Below are positions 56,167 through 64,000 of a stretch of 64,000 nucleotides of DNA, piece after piece; within the stretch, counting starts at the first letter, position 1, and each line of letters starts with the position of its first letter. The notes under the pieces are model-generated. The model was given only the letters and a program-made list of their open reading frames with translations, did not search any database and had not been told where the DNA came from. Origin of the DNA: Trichoplax adhaerens (taxonomy: Eukaryota; Animalia; Placozoa); the NCBI RefSeq assembly GCF_000150275.1, contig NW_002060947.1:294695-358694 (forward strand), given 5' to 3'. The translations under genes were made by a program, and so were the position numbers.

Positions 56167-56596
56167 AACTGGTTCAATATAGGTTATATATTATTGAAAA
56201 ATGATAATTTAGTAGGCTAGTCAAATAATTTTTTCCTTTATTATTTTGTATTACCTTAAAGACGGATTAAAATATCTTAAAGCAATAAATTATATGATGA
56301 TAATGTGATCGGTGATCAGTACTAGATATGGGTGATGTAATTGCAGAGGTAGCTTCGGTATGTGTTAATTGTTTATACTAACTGTCATTATTTATCGTGG
56401 CTTTACAATAACTTTATAAAAGAATATTTTTCATTATGGAAGTTAAACATAGAATTTACTCTATGTAGAACTGGAGACAATATGTTAGTGTTATAAAAGC
56501 TCTTTTAATAATGATAGTTTAATCAAAGACTGTAGTGTACGGGTTGTTATTCCTAGATTCGTAATCTGTCAATTCAAAATTCTGAATTGTTAAAAT

Positions 56597-57025
56597 CGAG
56601 CAAATCCCTAATGTGGCACAAAATAGTCAACATCGTATAATTGACTTATAACAACTAAGTTTATTAACGTCCGTGTATCGTCCGTCGTAGATGAATTCTA
56701 ATTTCTTCTCCTCATAATAACAGTCGAAAATAGCTAAGATAAACCGGATAATTGACTTAGCCTCCACGATAACAGTTCTATACAACTTATACAAATTATC
56801 ATCAATTGCTCCTCTACACAGGAGGCATCAATCACATTAGTACATTACTTAATAACCTTAATTAGTATGGCTATCAGCTACGGCCTTATATAGCGCATAC
56901 TAAATCTTTGTCGTTTCATCATACTAGCCTTATCAACACTTACTTTATTAAGACTTACAGTTCTTTACACCTACTATCAGTGTATTACCTACACAAAACT
57001 ACTGTAATTAGCTAAAATCGCTACA
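56597..57025 (-). mobile_element. Possible degenerate solo LTR (about 430 bp)
   Basis: Has TGTGGCA near the left end as in families D and E, ends ...ATCGCTACA, carries a minus-strand TATATAAG at about 56885 and shows the same C/A skew. There is no clean TSD. Confidence 0.35.
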
Positions 57026-57405
57026 AAGACCTATCGAATGTAGCTTTTAAAATATTTTTGTCTTTACTACTACTCAGACTTAATTTTTGTAAAGTGATTT
57101 CGAGCTGGTCTACATATCGAGCAGTTTGGATAAATTCATTCATTTAACACGTATTTTTGTAATGAATTTCGTTTACTGTCATATTCGCTGACGCTTTAAC
57201 GCAAATTTATTTAATTGATATTCGCTGTTAATATAATCAATCGACTCGATTTGTTACGACTCAACCGTTCTTACTGCAGCTTTCCTAATACTTTAAAAAT
57301 ATTTCAAATTGTACCAATGCTAATAAAACCGCTTAAAATGGTTGATTGATTCATGATTCTTAGTAACCGATATTGATATATGGAATTTAATCCTGTCATT
57401 TGTTG

Positions 57406-57447
57406 TATATCTGAACGTGACCGTATGCGAAATCGGTCACTCCATAT
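57406..57447. repeat. Short palindromic element, copy 2 (inverted relative to 16096-16143)
   Basis: TGAACGTGACCG-TATGCGAAAT-CGGTCAC; the spacer is 9/10 identical to the reverse complement of the copy 1 spacer. Confidence 0.7.
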
Positions 57448-58692
57448 CGACCGTTTCCCGAAAAATAGTTTAATTTGCGCAATTTTTGCTCAAAAATACA
57501 TTCTCTCCCAGGTAAAATCGAAACTGAGCTAGTTAATGGATAGGTGTTTACGCGTATGTGTTTACTATGGTAGCAGTGGTGCCATTTTAGACAATATGTA
57601 AGCATAACCTTTGAAATAGTTATTTTCTTGTATTTAACTGTTACTCTCACAAAAACTGAACTTTGTAATACAAAGGATCGTTTTTTACATTATATTTGCC
57701 TCATTCAATCAATTCGTAGAGACAGTAATTTCAAGTTAGTCATCTCTTTCCGTCTACATTAATTTATAATCTAATTCTATAGCTATTCTGAAGCATATCA
57801 ATGAAATAAAGTGATATTAATTTGTCATAAAGTAGAACCATTGAATAGGCATGCCATAAGTATTTAATTTACAAATCGCTGTAAAGATTATGTTAAGTAC
57901 AATTGATGATATTCATGCAGCTGAAACTTGAGCAAAATTCTTCTTTAGATCTAACTATATAAAAATATTCAAACATAGCTATACTTGCTTGCTACGTCAT
58001 GAATTATGCCTAAGTCTATTTAACTTTTATTTTCATAAATTTAAAGGTTTAAAGAAAAAATTCCATCGTGATAATATAAATTTTTTCATTACATATAAAT
58101 CTGTCATCCCTTGTGTTCGAAAAGTGTTGGGCACCATTACCGAAATAATGTGATATGTTATCATAGCGTCAAAAGATTTTATTAAAATGGACTAATAGCC
58201 ATGTTTAATGATGACACCAACAATTAGATTTTAAAACTCATGATATGACCAAAATAATCAATAAATTTTTACTCATTATGCAATACGAATGCTAACTTTT
58301 ATTCAATGATTTGGCAATACAGTGAATGGAGCCGCATATCTAACAAATGGTTTCGTTGTAGTGATAGTAAGTTAATTCGTATGGCTAAGGACAATAAATT
58401 ATTAGCATAAGAGATTATTCTCTATTGCTTAAAAATGTGCCCGTTTTCATTTTAAAATTTACTAATAACAATTTACTGAAGAAAACTAGGACTGTAAGAT
58501 AGTTTGTTTATTCATGATATTAAGTAGAAGCCAAATATTATAAATTGCGCACTGAATTATAATGTCTTGCTTGAGCTATTAAAAATGGTTCAATCTGAGG
58601 ATTAATCAACTAAATTGCAGCGTCACAACACTTTAAATTCTAGTTAGCAATGACCAAATTAATACTGAATAAATAAAGAGAACGGCACCATG

Positions 58693-59790
58693 TTAATATC
58701 TCATGCACCTAGATAAAGCTACGAAAGCTTTCTCTAACTTTCTAGTGTATATTCTAGAATTTTTTCTTCCCGTAGCTATTTTGGATTTGGCAGTATTATA
58801 GCCATTCAAACTGGCTGTGTATATAGACAAGATTTCATCGCACAAAGATTGCGTGCCTGTAGTTACGGTTCCTGTACAGAATCTGGTTCTTAAATTATGA
58901 TAAGACTTATATAGTGCATAATTTTCATTTCGTTCTTTGGTAAATTTGGATATATTTTTTCGTGCAAGATAGAGCATTCTCCGATATTTACGGTAAGTTC
59001 TCAGTTCTTGCTGATAACTAGCACACTTTCTTCGCCCAAACATTCTAGACAAATCCTTTGCCTGTAGCGAAAATAAAAGGAATTGAGGCCCGATTAACGG
59101 TAATATTTCCGCTTAAGAAATAGATATTTAATGAATATCTTGAACGTACAGTATAAATTTGATTCCTTTAGAAAATAATAAATTATGGTCATAAATTATT
59201 ACAGTTGGAATCATAGACGCAATGAAATAGATTATACAGCAATAAGATGGAATAATTGTTGTATAAAAATATAACAAAAAGTAATATCCTTATTCTGCGT
59301 CGCAAATATCATGCCTACATAAAGTATCTAATCAAACTCTTAATTTACCCCAATTAGAAGGTCTTCCTGATGCTTATTTTCACTATCACTTAGATCTTCT
59401 CCGAAGTTCTCAACTTCATCATTCATTTCAGCTTCTTTATTTTCTGTTGTTTCTGGCTCACGGTTTTCTTTTTCAATTTCAGCGCTATATTCATCTTCGT
59501 CCTCATCACTTTGATAAGAAAAATAAAGACCAGTATACTTAAGTAATGAAATATGAAAGAAACATTGTCAAATAGGTGCATCATCCTTGTACTTCTGACT
59601 ACCTTTCTTGTGACCCGAAGCCGCGCTTTACTTCATTCCATTTCACATGTGGTATATCTTCGACTGGTTTTTCACTATCGGTAAAATCATAATTCCGTTG
59701 GGATCCTTCTGGTTCAACCACTGCTGCCATCGATATAACCAGAAGTTGTGCCAAAATTGCGAAGATGCATAGTCGAGAATTTAAAGACAT
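58693..59790 (-). CDS. Secreted preproprotein: signal peptide, acidic pro-region, cationic 4-Cys C-terminal domain; 3 exons (59790-59603, 59508-59349, 59061-58693), 238 aa
   Basis: Exons join in frame through GT-AG introns (188+160+369 = 717 nt). Signal peptide MSLNSRLCIFAILAQLLVISMA; exon 2 is acidic (SDEDEDEYSAEIEKENREPETTENKEAEMNDEVENFGEDLSDSENKHQEDLLIG); exon 3 is R/K/Y-rich. Confidence 0.85.
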
Positions 59791-59913
59791 GATGCCTATA
59801 TCAGTATTACTGAAAGAATTTCAAAAATATGTTTTTCCTTAAGAAATATTATCCTGCAATGTCCTTTCTATAAGATAACGATGAATTGAAGTGCTACTGC
59901 TCTAAATAGTTCA

Positions 59914-59921
59914 TTTATATA
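59914..59921 (-). promoter_or_regulatory. Candidate TATA box of the secreted preproprotein gene
   Basis: GGG-TATATAAA on the minus strand, about 125 bp upstream of the ATG, with an initiator-like TCAATT about 25-30 bp downstream. Confidence 0.55.
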
Positions 59922-60970
59922 CCCTGTACTCTCGCATTAAAGTATGGACGTTCATGGCTCATTAGGAATGTACTTATAGTCAGTACTCCACCTTAAATTA
60001 ATGATGCTTTACAAGGAAAAACAGGTTAACATTTTGTCTTCATTAAGATTACTTTCGTATTTTTTGTAGATAGCTGTGAATGGTAGCCATTATTTTTTAC
60101 TAAGAATGCAGGCTTTTGTAATCTTATTGCAGTATGAATTGAAGGGTCATAATTGCTTTCGATTTATTGTTAAATGATTCAACGCTATATAGTTGATCTT
60201 CTTATGACGAAATTAGACTATGCAAGTCATTTTGGTCTACTCAAATCAGCAATGTAAGCTGCATCATGAGGTAAACTTAAATCGCAGTGCTTAATTGTAT
60301 TTTCACCAGGACATTAATATTATATGTATCAGAGTATGATAACAATATAATAAGTAGCTTTTAAAATATAATATATTCACTATTCCAGGTGAATCCAATG
60401 TTGTTATCAAATCATGGCAATAAGGCGGTTTTAATATAGCATTAGTGACTATAATTGAATGGCTATGAGTTTCTTGATGCTTATCTTTCTTATTATTGGA
60501 TGGTAGGCATGCTTTCTATAAATCTTTTTCACTAGGAGTTCTGGCTTTGCAAATACCCTATAATTATCACTCAACAATACCATAACCACTAATAAGAATA
60601 GCTTTATAATGTCTCTTGAATAGTCGCCATGGCGTCAGTTAGGTAAATGGCTCGATCAAAGAATATTTCGATAGGTAAATGATGCTATTATCCAATGGCA
60701 AAATTAACTGGGTCGGCATGACTTATCAATCATTGCTGCTAAATTGTAGAAACAGGTACACAGCTATGTAATAATAATTGCTACAGTCTGAATCTTCAAG
60801 TTACTAAAAGCTAAAATAGTAGACGCCAAAACAAGTGATTGGATAGTTTTCCTATTTCTTTAATTATAATTAGAAAAATATTTAGAAAGTTCCTGTTCTG
60901 TCGATGTTCAAGAACTTCATTCATTTTAGATTACATTAATTAATAATCTTATGTCCAATAAGTACAACGG

Positions 60971-61556
60971 TGTCACAACCCTCACTTGTGGCAAAGGAAA
61001 GTAAAGAACTCTAGTGTAGTTACTTAAAACTTGGGCTATTTCTCCTAGTACTTTCAGTTTCCATGAGAGAAGTATTTGAGAACTCGATTTCTCGGCTGAT
61101 CTCCACAGAAAACTGACTAATTATTACACTATTCTTCACGATATGAGTCTTGCCGTTCTTGAGCAATTACTAACTTTATTCTACAAACACACGCGCTTAA
61201 ATAGGTTTCTACAGTGAATTCCAATATTAACGAGTGAGAATTCATACTTCACAAGTTACATTAATTAGTATAATACCATTACTAAATATACATGTCGATA
61301 TTCTCAGACTTAGATAGCTACAAGCTATCAGGTGTTAAGACGCTTAACCTTTGTTCATATACGGCTCAATTTTTAGAGATTAACACACCTTACGAACCTA
61401 CAGTAAATTAACTGTTAACAACTTATATTTCTATCTCATTTCTACCGTCCTATTATCAGCTACAAACGCATTAAACATAGCACATAACCTTATCTTATCT
61501 ATTCATAAGCATTCATTAATCAACAGTTACTTAATTAGTAATGGCGTACCGCGACA
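60971..61556 (-). mobile_element. Solo-LTR-like element, family E (586 bp)
   Basis: Termini TGTCACAA...TACCGCGACA; flanks AACGG/GACGG (1 mismatch); minus-strand TATTTAAG followed by AATAAA. Confidence 0.8.
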
Positions 61557-63208
61557 GACGGCTGCAGTCAGAATTTGCTCCTGATTAAATATTTATGCTT
61601 GCTTGGATATCTTTTATTAAACATATAATAAGGAACTCGTGTAAGAATCTCTCTTAAGATAGTTAAGAGTGAAAAATACGTTGAACTACTCATTCGTGTA
61701 ATAAATTGTGTTTGATAAGGTACGAATTAATGCACTTTCTTGTTGTTTTAATTAATGCGAATGGTGCTATTATACAGATTATTTGCTGATTTACCAAAAA
61801 ATAGCTATAATTATAACTATCCGTACAATGGCATATGAACACTATTGACTGTATTCGTGGGATTGATCACAATTAAAAGATTAATACACAATTATTAGCC
61901 GTGAAATCTGTTTATTCAAGTCAAGGTATTAAATTAGATTGAATTTATCACTAGCTAATACTATATGTGCAATAGATAACACGTTTTGGCCGAAATACTT
62001 CATAATCTTCATTCTAAATGAAGTATTTAATGCTGCTTCGGTTACTTTGCTGATGAACTTTATAATTGCAATTTAGCAATTTTGTATCGCACTGACAAAA
62101 ATCTATCTTTTAATTCTCGGTAAACAACTTCACTCTATCTTCTTTCTGCCAAGATAATAGGGCTCATTAGGAATGAGGAACAAATTACTGATGTGTAAAG
62201 TAGAAAAGGAGATATTATTATATTTTCTGTATAATTAATTATTAATCCTATTGGAAATATACTCGAGATGTACTGGTATCATCATTTCACTTGAATACAG
62301 ATGAACACTACCGTTTTTAAGTGAACGATTAACTCAAAGTATTCGTAAATCCCTTTTATTCAAGTTTACATTTTGAGAAGCTATCGTTGCGGAGTTGGGT
62401 AAACAAAACCTAACACTATTCTCCGCCGCTAATGATGCTTAATATATGGTAATATAAGTAATAACATTAAGTATTCAAGAACTTAAGACAAAACGAAATC
62501 AAACGCAGTAAAATACTCATTTAGTGAAGTATCCAATTAGATTCTATTAATAAACAGTTTATAAAGTGCAATAAAGTGTATTCAAAATATTAAAACTAGA
62601 ACTAGTGTTGCAGGTAAATTTCACTTTATTACGTAAAATTGGCTCACCTAAATCTGTCGAAGACTATCTACCTTCAGTCTACAATTGTCTCGCCTATTTC
62701 AAATAAACGTATGAATTATATTAAGTTGGTTATACTATCTGCCATAAATATCACCTAAAAATAGTGAAGATACCAATAAAAACTTATAACCAATGGTATA
62801 ACTTGGGCTATTTCATACAATCTTATAATTCTGGCCTTAAGCTAACTCGAGGCTGCATTGCATGAAGTCTAGAATTATATTTTCTATAAACCTCGATTTT
62901 ACTTAATATTTAAAAATGCACTTAGTTGTTTTTAATAAGTGCTTGCTTTAAGAAAGCTTTCAATCATCTTAATAGAATTGATTCTTTTAGTTGTTTTCTT
63001 AATTTATGCACTCTTTTTTAAATAACTAATCATCCCTTCTCCAAATCCTGTTTTAGTCGATTTCAGACGCTTAATCCATTAATTGAAAGCAATTTATTTA
63101 CTTTCTACAAAGATCACCGTTAATCTATTGATGAATAAATCAAATCCTTTTCTTACTAACAAGGATACAGTAGCTATTACTCCAGAACACTACAAATAAA
63201 TAGCCCAC

Positions 63209-63738
63209 TGTTACGGTGTTATCTCACCATTTGAATAGATTTACGTAATCTTAGCTAATATGGTAGAACTGATGATAACTTGATGTTGTTGTTTACTAAT
63301 TATTGTCGATATATGACCATATTATGTTAAATGGATTGTTTGACAGTATCGGTAATATGTAATAATGATTACTATGACTTAATAGAATAATCTTATACTA
63401 TCTCTTAATCGTAATCATGTGTAATGAGGTATCGAAGTTGTTCTTGTTATTGTTACTAGTGCAAACTCCCGTCGCTTTACTGACGGTTTACGATAATGTG
63501 CTCATTTAACAGAGATTCAGTAACTTTATACCGTACCGTGTAGACCTGTCAGAGGTTCAGTAACTTTATATCGTGTACTGTGTACAGTACTGTACTGTAC
63601 TGTAATGTACTGTATGCTGTACAAATGCACGGTATATAAGTCGTCTTTACGTAAAATAAAAAGGGCGTTTAAGTTATAAGTTTGCTTAAGGACTTTTATC
63701 TTGCGTTTCCTTGCCACAAGCAATTCCGGTTTGTGACA
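63209..63738 (+). mobile_element. Solo-LTR-like element, family F, containing a nested Helitron-like insertion
   Basis: Termini TGTTACGGTG...TTTGTGACA; perfect TSD CCCAC/CCCAC; TATATAAG at about 63633 and AATAAA at about 63655. Confidence 0.85.
63456..63630 (-). mobile_element. Non-autonomous Helitron-like element (5' end unclear), nested in the LTR
   Basis: Reverse complement of about 52515-52670. It ends CCGTCAGTAAAGCGACGG-GAGTTTGCA-CTAG|T on the minus strand and carries a (TACAG)n tract. Confidence 0.75.
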
Positions 63739-64000
63739 CCCACATATGAGTTTATTGGCAAGTTTATACCAGTACATTTACTCCTGGAATATGGATATCC
63801 ATTTCGCCTTCATGAAATTTACTACGAGGAAGTTACCGAATGATCATCATCCTTAGTCGTAGTTGTTAATTTTAATACTTTTGATCGGTAGAATGATATC
63901 AATCAAAAAGATTACTAGAAAGTCATCGGTAAACATTCTTTAATCTAATTTTCTGTTTAAAAGATACTTGAGCCACTCTAGCGTAACGATTAACTCAAAT

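Noticed and set aside
60400-60700. HPIIRKI-containing frame resembling the HPSI motif of LINE ORF2
   Set aside because: A single short motif with surrounding stops and no RT or endonuclease motifs.
1-64000. CRISPR arrays, tRNA/rRNA genes, prokaryotic operons or defence systems
   Set aside because: No regularly spaced direct repeats, cloverleaf or rRNA-like sequence were seen; the genes are spliceosomal-intron eukaryotic genes. Most other short ORFs in the track are antisense or out-of-frame shadows or chance ORFs.

Overview
AT-rich, intron-containing animal genomic DNA with one 50-N assembly gap. Short introns, divergent rhodopsin-class GPCRs and the conserved genes suggest a non-bilaterian, most plausibly a placozoan such as Trichoplax (inference only). 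The window has two compartments. (1) A compact housekeeping block at about 28.6-40 kb holds the shelterin gene RAP1/TERF2IP (BRCT-Myb-RCT, minus strand), an unresolved divergent locus, and PDZD8 (TM-SMP-PDZ-C2, minus strand, apparently lacking the C-terminal C1/coiled-coil module). (2) The gene-sparse flanks hold three class A GPCRs and a three-exon secreted preproprotein with an acidic pro-region and a cationic 4-Cys domain, a candidate antimicrobial/lytic effector. Two of the GPCRs are two-exon paralogues with an identical intron and degenerate DRY/NPxxY motifs; the third is intronless. The flanks also carry at least 10 solo-LTR-like elements with 5-bp target-site duplications (about 5.9 kb, about 9% of the window; six copies of one family plus four unrelated ones). 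In addition there is an older three-copy repeat family, two non-autonomous Helitron-like elements (one nested in an LTR) and a small dispersed palindrome. All exon structures and alignments were read by eye; no database searches were run.
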